Origin: the human T2T-CHM13v2.0 reference genome, Homo sapiens | DNA length: 64,000 nt | Direction: 5' to 3' (one strand) | Assembly: GCF_009914755.1 (NCBI RefSeq) | Contig: NC_060933.1 | In this document: in pieces, positions 1 through 44,659 of the stretch | How the letters are laid out: every line of letters begins with the position of its first letter | How positions within the stretch are numbered: position 1 is the stretch's first letter | Translations under genes and position numbers: made by a program | The notes under the pieces: generated by a model | Databases searched by the model: none | Seen by the model: only the letters and a program-made list of their open reading frames with translations | Told to the model about the DNA's origin: nothing

Positions 1-39
1 TCTCCTAGTTGAATCTGATACACAATTCTGGCTTCTAGG

Positions 40-260
40 TTGCGGCTCCCGAGTGGGTGGTTCTTTTCGTTCTTGGTTCGTCCTCTTCAGGTCTGGTTCC
101 TATTGGTGCGCGGGGAGAAGGGGGCGGGGCTCCGTCACCTGCTGCAGAAAGGGCTGTTTTAGACCCTCTCACCGCTTTGGCCAGGAGGAGGGCGGGGCTC
201 TGAGGGCATCCGGCGCTTATTGGCTCCAAGAACCACCCGGGGTGGGGCTAAAGGTGAACG
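40..260 (-). promoter_or_regulatory. CpG-rich promoter fragment with GC boxes and CCAAT boxes, probably driving a gene left of the window (HINT2 by recalled synteny)
   Basis: GGGGCGGGGC at 121-130, GGGCGGGGC at 190-198, ATTGG (CCAAT on minus) at 102-106 and 219-223, locally high CpG. The target gene is outside the window and is inferred. Confidence 0.55.
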
Positions 261-557
261 GGGATGAGGTGTGTTTTTTTGTTTTTGTTTGTTTGTTTTA
301 ACTGGCGGGGCTGATGCGCAGCATTTTCTCCACAAGGGCAGTTTCAGTCCCTTGAGCATTTTGGAGATTTTAATGTACTTATCTAAGGGAAATTCTTCCT
401 TAATTCTATGTTCTTGTTAACGCATTCACTCCATAGATTAAAAAGTCTGTGGTTTTTGCATTTTTTTTTTTTGAGCAGGAGGAGATAAGAGTGTCCTATA
501 TTTGCCGCACAAGAATTATAATAAGCAAAGGAGTATGTATTCATTGTTCTTTTCTAA

Positions 558-913
<356 letters not shown>

Positions 914-2199
914 CAATAAGTCAGGTTTGCACTGCTGGAATATATATTTTTGACATAAGAAACGTGGGGTCACAAAATACTAATATTCTCAGACGCTAGG
1001 TAAGTTTTAGTCTGATATCACATAGGACAAGTTACCACTGTTTCTTTGGTTTTTCTTTTTTTCTTTTTTTTTTTTTTAAACACATGACCTGATACATATA
1101 GGTGGTCAGTAATTGTTGAATGAATAACATTTGGTGTTTCCTGTCTTTTTTTCATAATATGTAATATGTATTGCATATGATACTAACCCATGTGTAATCA
1201 ATTTTTCATATTTTTACAGTCTACGTAAATATAGTTTGTATTGGCTGCTTATTATTTCCTTCAATGAGTTTATCATAGTAATCCTAACTCTATTGTTGAC
1301 TATTAGTTGAATTAGTTTTAGGTGAATGGTTATCATGGGGCATATAACCACTGTTGGGGAACTTTGCTTCTAGAGATATAACAATCTCTTTTGTATAGCT
1401 ATATTATTGTTAGAAAATCCTTTCTCCTCTAAAGGGCAGACATTTGATTCTGTGATTTTCCCCAGGGATCCTAGCAGTCCAGATTGCATTCCTTCCCTTG
1501 GAGGAACAGATGGCCCCCCTAATTGTGAGGAAATGTAGAATGGCCTCTTCTCTGGGCCCCGGAGGCTGCAGTTCTCTGTGGTGCCTCTGGGACACTGGGA
1601 GACCCTAGAGTTGCCCTGGAGAAGGGCGAGAGATAAGTGGATCTGGGATCTAGGAAGAGGAAGGAAGCCAGTCTGGAGGATAGGTGGATACAAAGCACTT
1701 TGAAATTAGTTATTTCTTTGGTTCTCATAGAAAGTAGGCAACACAGAGGTTATTCCTGTTTTACAGGTCCAGAAACTCAGCCTAAAGAGGGACAGTGACT
1801 TGCCTGGGTTCACAGAGCCCATTAGTGCTGGAATCTCCTACTCCCATAAGAACCTATGGACTCCCTTGTGACTTCCCACATTCACTGATTTTGATCCTTG
1901 GCCCACAGTTTTCTCTACTTCAAGCACTTATCACCTTCACTTGCCCTCATCTGAAAGATGTTATGCTCTGCAGCCTCTGAACACTGTCTCTTGTACTCCA
2001 ACCCCTGCCCCTACGTCTGCTACTGTACCTCATTAGAGACTTCTCTTCCTTTGACTGCTCCCTTTTTCAATCTGTCATTTGCCTCCTGGCATCACTTTCT
2101 TTCCCTATTGGTGCTGTATGCTCCCTTCACATCCTCATGCCTTCTTTTGCTTAGTTTTCCTGATCTTCCTCCCTGACACCCTCACATCATCAACCCATT

Positions 2200-2945
2200 A
2201 AATATTTGGATTCTCTGCTTCTCTAACTAGGTTCTCACTTCCAACTGTGACCGAATCCTGAACTACCCACTGATGAGGTTTTTCTCCAGTTCCCTACATT
2301 AGCCTTCCCAAACCTTCCCCTTTCTCTTCTTGTCTCCTGCTCCCTACTCTTATCCCTCTTCCCCTGGACCCCAGCCATTGGCCTTATCTCCTACTTCACA
2401 GGGCATATAGAAGCCATCAGAGGGGAACTTCCACAGGTTCTTGTTCCCTGAAACTCTAGGAAGGCTCCATCCTCTTCCTTCGTCTTGGTCATAGGAAGTG
2501 GTGTTTCTCCTGTCCAGAGAAAATCCCTTCACCTCTGCTTTGACCTCATCCCTTTCCTCCATCTCTGGGATCTTGTCTCACCAGGCATCTCTTCTCTCTC
2601 TTCTGGGTCCTTCAAGGTCCTTTAGTCTACTGGCCTCTTCCCCTTTTCCTTCCTACAAAAGTACTTCCTTGACTCCACAACTCCCTCTGGATATTGTCTG
2701 ACTTTACTTTTGTACTTTTCATCCAAGCTTCTTTAAGAGACTCCTTGAAACTCACTGCTGTTTGACTCCTGCCTCCACTGCACCAGTGTGAAACTGCACT
2801 CTCCGATGTTCCCAAAGATCTTCTAATTGCAAAACCCAATGGACACTTTTCAGTCTTTATCTTATTGGTGCCCCAACTGCATCTAACATCACTTCCCACT
2901 CTATCCTTCTTGAAACTTCCTCCCTTCTTGACTTCCTTGAAGCCA
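2200..2945 (+). mobile_element. L2 LINE fragment
   Basis: Pyrimidine-rich; CCACTGCACCAGTGTGAAACTGCACTC...AAACCCAATGGACACTTTTCAGTC resembles L2 ORF2; boundaries approximate. Confidence 0.6.
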
Positions 2946-3113
2946 CTTTCCTTCAACAGGCAGCTTGAATGTGAGTGTGATGGAGGCAGATGGCCAGATC
3001 CAGGCTTTCTCCTGTGTCTAATAGGTGTCAACTCTAAGTTATTAGGCAGTCTCTCCCTGGGCTGGGATCTACCTGCCCCATATAGAGCCAAGTCAGGTTC
3101 CAATGACTCCTCT

Positions 3114-3119
3114 TTTATT
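3114..3119 (-). terminator. FAM221B: Proximal polyadenylation signal (AATAAA) of FAM221B
   Basis: TTTATT on plus, 17 nt after the TGA at 3137-3139. Confidence 0.5.
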
Positions 3120-3136
3120 GCTGATCTGGGCCAGAC

Positions 3137-10829
<7,693 letters not shown>

Positions 10830-11471
10830 CTAGTGGTAGAACAGGGTACAGGCTTCATTAGGTTGGAAATAGAGGGCCGGCAAGTCAGGGCAGAGCCCAG
10901 GGTTCGCAGTGCATTATGGAATTTGGATAAGGATATCAGTGCAGCTGAGATATAAGAGGGAAACAACATGAACTCTGGGTCCTAGAGTGTGATGCCAAAA
11001 GGTTCACCCATGTGTCCAGACCTCATATGGCATGCTGCTGTGGCTTGTTAGGGAGCTGGAACTTAAAGATTGAAAGACTGAAGTAGTTCGAATCCCATCA
11101 GTAGATGGTAGCAGAGAACCATGTCCCAGGAGGGAGTCTGAACAACACCACTTGGGCAGTCCAAGAGCAGGGTCCTTGGCATATCTTAAAACCCTGGAGG
11201 TCAGACCATGGAGTTCTAGAGACTGGCAATACCAAGCCAAAGTTGGGGTTGGCTCCTGAGAGTGCAGGGGAATGCTGTCACATAAGGCAAGACACTGCAC
11301 GCAGCCTGGTTTTGTCTAGGCACCACACACATCCTCCTCCCTTAATGATGTCATTCATGTTCAAAGCTTTAACTACTTCCAGTTGTGTACCAATGACTCC
11401 TAAATTCACATTTCTAGCTCAGACCTTTTTCAACCTCTGTACTTCACACTCATACCCACCTGCCTGCTGGC

Positions 11472-11793
<322 letters not shown>

Positions 11794-12678
11794 TGAGTGT
11801 TTCCACAGACAGCAAAACTGAACTTTGGGAATTATCCTAGTCTTTTCCTTTTCCCTTAGACTCCATCTTCAAATAGGCACCAATAACTCTATTTCCTATC
11901 TTCTAAATATTCCCCAAATGCATTCTCTCCTCTCCCTTCCAATTTTATTCAAGTTCTCATCATCTTCAGCCTTTGTGTAATAACTTTGCCCCTCTACTTC
12001 CATCCACAGCATTTTAATCCATTCACCCATTCTTTCATGGATTTATGTAACTTATACTTTTACAATGAGCCTAATCTGATGCTTTTACTGACCCGCTGTG
12101 CTAAGCTCTAGATTGAGTTGAGTCTAGGAGAGAGACCGATTAACCAACAATGGCAATACAAATAAATTGATGTTGTTCTGGGGTGAGTCTAGGATACGGT
12201 GGGGAGGGGGATATACCTAATTTATCCTGCAAGGATGTAGTCCTCCTTCCTGACCCAATCAGGATCTTTCTAAAGTGCAAGCCCAACAACTGGCACTTTG
12301 TGGCTTAAAAACATTCCATGACTCAGTCTAAAGGATTAAGTCCAAATTTCTTGGCCCTGGCATTCAAGGCCTGTCATCATTTTCAACACAGCCTGAGGAT
12401 TCCTGCCTTAACTTTCCGTGCTCCCTACTTTACCCCCATGTTCCAGAGACGCTAGATATATCACTCCTTAAATGCATCAGAGCCTTTTTGAAGGGGATGT
12501 TTGGGAAGGGAATTAGGGGCAGAGGTAGGATTACAGGGAGGAAGATGACCAGAGTCAGCTAGAGAGAAAAGGGGCCTAAGAGTGGAGAACCAGAAGATGG
12601 GAGGTGAGGAAGGGGAAAGAGAAGGGGAGGAGGAAATTGGGTGGAGGAGGAGAGTAAGGATGAAAAGTACAGAATGTG

Positions 12679-13129
<451 letters not shown>

Positions 13130-13133
13130 CTAC

Positions 13134-13430
13134 CCTCTGGGCTTTGGCTTGGTTGTTACAAGTCCTTAGGTCAAGACCTTGACTTAGGATGGCAGGGGGA
13201 GGTGTTGATCCTCAGGGAGGAAAGGCTCTTGGTTGTGGATGTGCCTCAGCTGCAGGTGCTGAGTGTTGAAATGCCTTGCCTGAAAGTCTGCTATCTGGGA
13301 AGGGGACTTGGATATCTGCAGAACTTCGCAAAGGAGCTCTGGCATGACCTGGGGAAGTGGGTAGGGACAAGGGGTCTAGGGCCAATGAGGGAGGGTCTTG
13401 ACTGAAGCCTCCGGAACCCGGGCCAGGAGA
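13134..13430 (-). other. FAM221B: Probable non-coding first exon of FAM221B (5' end approximate)
   Basis: Strong donor CAGAGG|gtaggt at 13134/13133, adjacent to the CpG island; the ATG exon begins at an acceptor, so an upstream exon is required. Confidence 0.6.
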
Positions 13431-13440
13431 GTAGGCGCCG

Positions 13441-13482
13441 GTCACCAGGGCAACCGGAACGCCTAGTAGTCTCCGTGGCAAC
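13441..13482. promoter_or_regulatory. Tandem RFX X-box motifs
   Basis: GTCACCAGGGCAAC at 13441-13454 and GTCTCCGTGGCAAC at 13469-13482 match GTNNCCNNRGYAAC. Confidence 0.7.
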
Positions 13483-14118
13483 GGCGGTCTGGTCACCTCC
13501 CCGGTGGGTAAGGTCTCCTGAGGGGCTTGCATTGGGCCTCGAGGGGGCGAGCCCAGAGGGTTTACTTCTGAAAAGTGGGGTGTGTGTTGCGGGATCTCTG
13601 TGAGCGAGTGTTTGGGTAGGATCTGCGGAGATCTGTGCGTACGTCCGGGGGAGTCTGGGATTGTGAGGATAGGGTTCCTTTGAGACATCTGTGGGGCGGT
13701 CGTTGGGGGCTGTGAGGATCTGAGGGGACCTCGGGCTCTGTGCTTGGGGTGAGAAAGGCAGGGTCTCGGGTAGCTGAGGCGGGGGCGGAGTCTGTGTGTC
13801 CTCGAAGCCCAGCAGGACTAAGTTGGGGACCAATAGAGTAGGGCGGGGGCGGGCTTTACTGACAGGGACCAATCGAGCCGGCCGGGGGGCGGGGCGTCAC
13901 GCCGACGTCAAGTCGAGGCCGCCGCCGCGGGGCCTGGTTATCGCCGGTTCAGCGCAGCCCGGAGTCGCCCAGGCCTGAACTCCTACCCAGGTCCCCGGCC
14001 CCCGCCCCGGGCCCGCGAGGACACCGGAGGCCACCCCCCGGGGGTGGGGAGCGGAGCCGCGGGTCAGCTCTGCGAGCGCCCCGCGCTGGCCTGTCCGGCC
14101 CCGCCCCCGCCCCGGGCC

Positions 14119-38518
<24,400 letters not shown>

Positions 38519-38549
38519 GAGGGGCTTTGGGCCTGGCCCTGAGGGGATA

Positions 38550-38910
38550 TGAATGCTTCCTAGAGTTCTTTCTGGGGGTGTGGAGCCCTCTTAGAAGGAG
38601 ACAGGCTGTATTTCTTGAGGACATGGAGTCTTTCTCAAGGACACAAAACTCTTCCAGGGACCTGGAGCCCTTCCCAGGACATGGAGAACTTCCTGAGGGC
38701 CTGGAGTCCCCCTGCATCATGGAGTCCTTCTTAAGGACTGGAGCCTATGCAGGCACAGAGTCCCTCAGGACCAAGGAGTCCCTCCTGCAGGTGTGGAGCC
38801 TTTCCTGGGATGCAGAGCCTTCCCAAGACATGGATTCCTTCCCAGGGAGACAAAGCCCTGTCAGGAGCACAGCATCTTTCCAGAGGAGGTGGAGTCTATC
38901 TTGGGGAAAC
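38550..38910 (+). repeat. Degenerate ~19-21-bp tandem repeat (consensus about ATGGAGYCYTTCCCAGGAC) in the TMEM8B 3' UTR
   Basis: Units such as CATGGAGTCTTTCTCAAGGA, CCTGGAGCCCTTCCCAGGAC, ATGGAGTCCTTCTTAAGGAC, GCAGAGCCTTCCCAAGAC, ATGGATTCCTTCCCAGGG. Confidence 0.7.
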
Positions 38911-39331
38911 CAAATTTCCAGATTTTCCCAGAGGCTCAGCAACTCTGGCCTCAGGCTTCCTTCCCAGAGGCAGCGTCTGGGCTGTGCTGTGCTGTGGAGG
39001 AGGGATTGCAGGATGGATGGAGCTGGGACTGGGGCTGTCTGGGTGGCTGGTATCCTCGTTTGATACAGGTGGAGTCTGTGTGTCTCCAGTGATTGATTGG
39101 TTCAGAATGGTTCTGTGATGCCTTTTTTCCCCCTGGGGTCAGGGGTGTGGGGAAGTGGGGAAAGAGGGCCCCTCAGGGAATCAGCAGGGCTGATGGGAGC
39201 TACTGCCGGAGGCTTTTGTCACACCCTGTACACAGTCTGATCCCGCTCATCTGGGCCCTGCATTCATTTCTAAACAGTTTCTAATGCCTATTCCCCAATT
39301 CCTATTGAGCCCGATTTGCAGTATCTGAGGG

Positions 39332-39353
39332 GTGTGTGTGTGTGTGTGTGTGT
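39332..39353 (+). repeat. (GT)11 microsatellite
   Basis: Read directly. Confidence 0.9.
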
Positions 39354-40061
39354 TTATGTATGTATACGTATGCTGAGATGATTTAAATCAGTGAGACAGA
39401 CTTTCCTTATGATGCCCACACCCAACACAGAAGGAAGCCGAGGTCCCAGGAAATTGGAATAGCAGGTACACGTCTCAGGTGTGCAAGAAATATCACAAGA
39501 ATGTAACTTCTGTTTTGAGCCCCCATTTTTCCTGAGTGCCAGAAAAGATCATTTGTCCATTTGGGATTCCTTCTCTTTCCATGAGGGTCATAGCTGAGTT
39601 CTGAGGGTCTTACATAATGCCAAGAAGTTGGGAGAGCATTCTCACTGATCACCAGTGTCCATACTTCATCCATCCCCGGGATTTCCATCATTCCATCTGG
39701 TCCCCAGTCAGAGGTCCAGACAGTTCATCTGGGATGCAGAGAGATTTCTTGTTCCCATTTGCATTACTCTCTCAGTCCTAAGGTTCTCTCTGCCACTTCT
39801 GGGCCATATGTGGAGACCCGTAAAGTTGTCTAAGGCCTTGGCTATGCAGACACACCTTGAAGCTGTTTCTGCTCTGGGTTTTGACAGACAAGGCATGAGT
39901 TGCTGCATCTGTTAAAACTGCAAATCTATCTTGGCCTGGGGTGTGGAGCTCAGGGACTCTTCCTTTTGGGACCCTCTGTGTCAGTATTCTCACTACATCC
40001 TCTCCTCCTCTCTCTTCTTTCCCCCTTTCGTTAATATTGGAGGTGAGGAAGCCTTACTTAA

Positions 40062-40396
<335 letters not shown>

Positions 40397-40999
40397 TAAG
40401 CCTTTTCTGTTCCCTTCAGGACCTAGGCTTTTGAAACCCAAAAGCCAGGAAAACATGCCTTTGTTATCTGCTTTCTGCAATCACGTCTCTTCCATGGGGC
40501 ACTGAGCAGAGAATGGTGTGGCCAAGTGAGTAGTGAGAAGCAGTGAGGAGGTGTGAGCTAGGTGTCTGTTCCCATTTTAGAAAATACTGTTCCTACATCA
40601 GAAATACCACATTAAGACGTATAGAGCCAGGTCACTGGGATGCTTGAACCCAAATAGCTGGGATTCTGGACAGAGTCAGCAGAGTACAGAAGGCTCTGAA
40701 GTGGGAGACGGAGCTGGGGTGCATCCCTCCCAGTGAGGAGGGGTCATGAGGGGCGTCTGGGAAGAGGGACATTTGAACTAGGATTAGCTGAGTTGCCATG
40801 ATGCTAAGATAATGGGAGAGTGTTCTTTGTGGTCACCAGTGTCCACATGGCATCCCTTCCCTGAGATTTTCATCACTCCCTGTGGTCTTCAGTCAGTAAA
40901 GCTCTTAGAACACTTGTATAGTGCCTAGTCTGGTATGTGATGTGGTCCAATATATGTTAGCTTAAGGTCACCACGTGTTTGGACATGGAGAGGGAACAG

Positions 41000-41590
41000 C
41001 AAGGGGGAATGCAGAGGCAGGAAAGACTGATATTTACTCCGGGCACTGAATAGTTCAGTGTGCCTGGGCCAGTGCATGTGCGCATGCTTTTGTGTGTGGA
41101 GTGGGGTGGTGGAGATAAGCAGCCAATGATATGATTAGATAGATAAGTGGAGGTTGGGTCTTTATTCTATGGGAAATGAGGAGCCATTGGAGAGATTAAG
41201 CAGGAGAGGAACATCAGATTGGGGTTTTGATGGCTGGGGCAGAGGATGGACTTTGGGAGACCTTGGAGGACAAAGTGCAGTGACCACAGCTATTGGAACA
41301 TTTGAAAGAGAAATGGTGAAGCCTTCTTAAAGCAATATCGGTGGAAAGGAGGGGACCAATTTAAGAGCTGTTAGGAGTGAACTCTTTAGGACTTGGTGAC
41401 TGATTGGGTGTGTGGGGTGGTGAGGTATGAGAGAGCCTAGGATGATGGTGATATTCTGATTTGGGGATGGTGGTGCCATTCCCTGAGATGGTGACACCAC
41501 TTTGGGTGGGGGGAAGATGAGCTCCACTTTGGACAGTTTGAGGTGCATGTGGGATTCCCGGAGGGAAGGGGGCCAGCAATATGACAGTGC
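41000..41590 (-). mobile_element. L2 fragment
   Basis: Purine-rich; GGACTTGGTGACTGATTGGG...GGTGGTGCCATTCCCTGAGATGG...TTTGGACAGTTTGAGGTGC is antisense L2. Confidence 0.65.
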
Positions 41591-42682
41591 TGGACGTAGC
41601 CGCTGAACCAGGCCTGTCTCCAGGCTCCCAAAATGGGAATCCTTGGTTGTCTCCTGACTTGTCTCAGTGGGGGAGATCCCAAGATTCAAACAGCCCTTCC
41701 TTGCCTTGAATACAGGGCTGTGGCTGGCAGATATTGCTGTACCCTTGCATGTATCTGTACATACGACTGGACTGAGACCCCTGAGCACTTGCAGCTGCCT
41801 GGGGCATGTTCAGCAGCACAGGGCTCAATCCCCACAGGGTGATGTTCTGAAAGCTTCTGAGTGACAATTCAGTCCCGCAAACCTTCCATAGGGAACATGC
41901 TGTGGGAGCTACAGAGATGAGCCAGACCCGACTGAATCCTGCCCTGAAGGAGCTCACACGGTGGTGAAGTGTCATGAATGCAAGTTAGATGGGACAAGTG
42001 TGAAGTGGAAGATCCTGACAAAGTGCTGTAGGATGTAAAGAGAGCGATCTCAAAGTGCAATGGGAAAGGATGCATGAGAGAGATGGTGTCTAACCTAGCT
42101 TTGAAAACTAGTCCCAGCTATTATCAGAGAACAGCACAATACATACAAGGGTGCGAAGACATGGGGGTGCGGCAGTACAGATAATGTAGCGAGGGGACAG
42201 CCATGTGAAGGGCATAGTGGAAAATCAGGCTGAAGAAGCAGGTGGGGGCAGATTCTGGAGGGCCTTGAGGATTCAACTGAAGAATTTGGACTTAATGGTA
42301 ATGGCAGCTGTCAAAAGTCCTTGATCAGAAGAGTGATGAATCAATCCAGGTTTGACCAAAGTAACAGAACCACTATGAGTGATAAAAAGATTAGACCTTT
42401 ACAGTCATGGGAGCAGTTGGAGAAATCTGTGCAAAACTGTTACTTCTGCATTTGGTGTTGGGCCTGAAGCTGTTACAGCTCAGCTGGGCCAGCAGTTAGG
42501 AAAGAAGGCTGAGTGTGAAGTGAGGGGCAGTAAGGGCACACTAGAATCCAGAAGGACAAACTGGAACCTGTGCCTGGCTCTTATGCCTTCAATCTCAGTG
42601 ACTGGTGACCTGCAGGAGAAGCTGTCACCTTTGCCATGGAGCTTGCACTTGGCCCAGCACTCAGCACAGTGGAAGGAGGTGA

Positions 42683-43069
<387 letters not shown>

Positions 43070-43284
43070 CACTTTTGCCTTCCAAATCACATGCAAACTT
43101 CTCTGTGGCCAACCCTAACCCACACCCTCTAACCTAGTTTGGTTGACTCAGTATAAAGCTACCACACGTGAGCTAACCAGAGCTTTCTTGGGACGATTAA
43201 CTTGGCAGCAGCCCGTGAAGGATAGATGGTCAGGATAAAGAAAGCCAAACCTCCCATAGCTCTTGGGTTGACACTGTCAGCTGG

Positions 43285-43702
43285 TGTGGTAGTCATTAGG
43301 CCATTCACAAATCTCTCTGTCCCTCTCGTTTGCCATCCAGACACACGATAGTGTGCTTTTCCCCCTTAACAATAGGTGTGGTCCTGTGCCTTCCTGTTGC
43401 CATTGTGTTGGCCACTGAAATGTAGGTGGAGGCAACACAGCCACTTCTGAGTAGAAGCTTTAAGAGTCAGTGTAGGCTTTGTTACTTTCCCTTTTCTTTT
43501 TGTCATGGTGACCAGCAGTGTTCCCAATGGTAGCTGTTTTGTCATCCTGAGTCCCAGAGGGGTGAAGACCATGATGCGGAGCAGAAGCCCCACCAGCCTC
43601 TGGTGGACCTGCATCAGGAGCAAGAAACAAACCTTAATGGCTTTAAGCCTCTCAAGGTTTGAGGTCATGACCACAGCACAACCTAGCCTATGCCAGCTGA
43701 CA
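43285..43702 (+). mobile_element. MaLR LTR (MLT1I/J-like)
   Basis: TGTGG start; AGCTTTAAGAGTCAGTG, CCTGAGTCCCAGAG, GAGCAAGAAACAAACC...TTTAAGCC, ACAGCACAACCTAGCCTAT 3' end. Confidence 0.65.
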
Positions 43703-44659
43703 GGGGCAGAGGGCAGCAGTAGCAGTGGGATGCTTTCCTGGAGAGCAAACCTCCTCTCAGCAGAGTTAGGACGGCAGCTTTCACCTCTGCATTCCTCAGG
43801 CTGTAAATGATGGGGTTCAGCGAGGGCGTCACAACCCCGTAGAACAATGCGACAGTCTTATCCACGTTGGGATCCTTGGCCTTGGGTTTGAAGTACATGA
43901 AGGAGATTGTCCCATAAAAAACCACCACCACTGTGCGGTGGGCTGAGCAGGTGGAGAAGGCTTTGCACCGGCCTGCAGCAGAGGGTACCCTAAGGATGGC
44001 AGACAGGATGAAAAGGTAAGACAGGCAGATGAGCAAGAGGGGGGCCAGTGTCAGGACGGCTGTGGCCACCATTAATGCCAGCGCATTGAGGGAGATGTCC
44101 CCACAGGCCAGTTTTAGCACTGCCAAGATCTCATAGAAGTAGTTGATGACGTGGCCACAGAAGGGGAGGTGCCAGACAAGGATGGACTGTAGCAGTGAGT
44201 TGGCAAAGCCTGTCCCCCAGCTCAGCGCTGCCATCTGCATGCAGGTCTGCCCACTCATGAGCTCTGGGTACCTAAGCGGCTGGCAGATAGCCACATAACG
44301 GTCATATGCCATCACAGCCAGCAGCAGGCACTCCGTTGATCCCAGCGCCAGGGTCAGGTACATCTGCAGGGCACAGCCAGGGAAGGAAATGGTCCTCTGG
44401 GTTTCCAGGAAATTGTCTAGCATGAGAGGCACAAAGGAGGAGGTGCCGCAGATGTCCATGAGGGAGAGGTTGCTGAGAAGTACATGGGGTTGTGCAGGCG
44501 AGGGTGCAGCACGTTCAGCCCTATGAGGAGGGCGTTCCCCAACACATTCACGGAGTAGATGCCCAGGCAGAACACAAACAGGACCACCTCCAGGTTACAG
44601 TGCTCGTGTAGCCCCATCAGGACGTATTCCGTCACAGCTGTCTGGTTTGCCCACTTCAT
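43683..44659 (-). pseudogene. OR13E1P: Olfactory receptor family 13 pseudogene (frameshifted)
   Basis: MKWANQTAVTEYVLMG...LHNPMYF then a frameshift at about 44477 into LSNLSLMDIC...MAYDRYVAICQPLRY...KAFSTCSAH...PSLNPIIYSLRN; symbol from recalled locus order. Confidence 0.9.

Noticed and set aside
13212-13872. 158-aa and 193-aa Pro-rich minus-strand ORFs in the CpG island
   Set aside because: Expected in GC-rich, stop-poor promoter DNA; no domain similarity
38550-38910. CRISPR-like appearance of short recurring units (also 19300-19560 and 56641-56935)
   Set aside because: Human DNA; units are degenerate or contiguous, with no unique constant-length spacers and no cas genes
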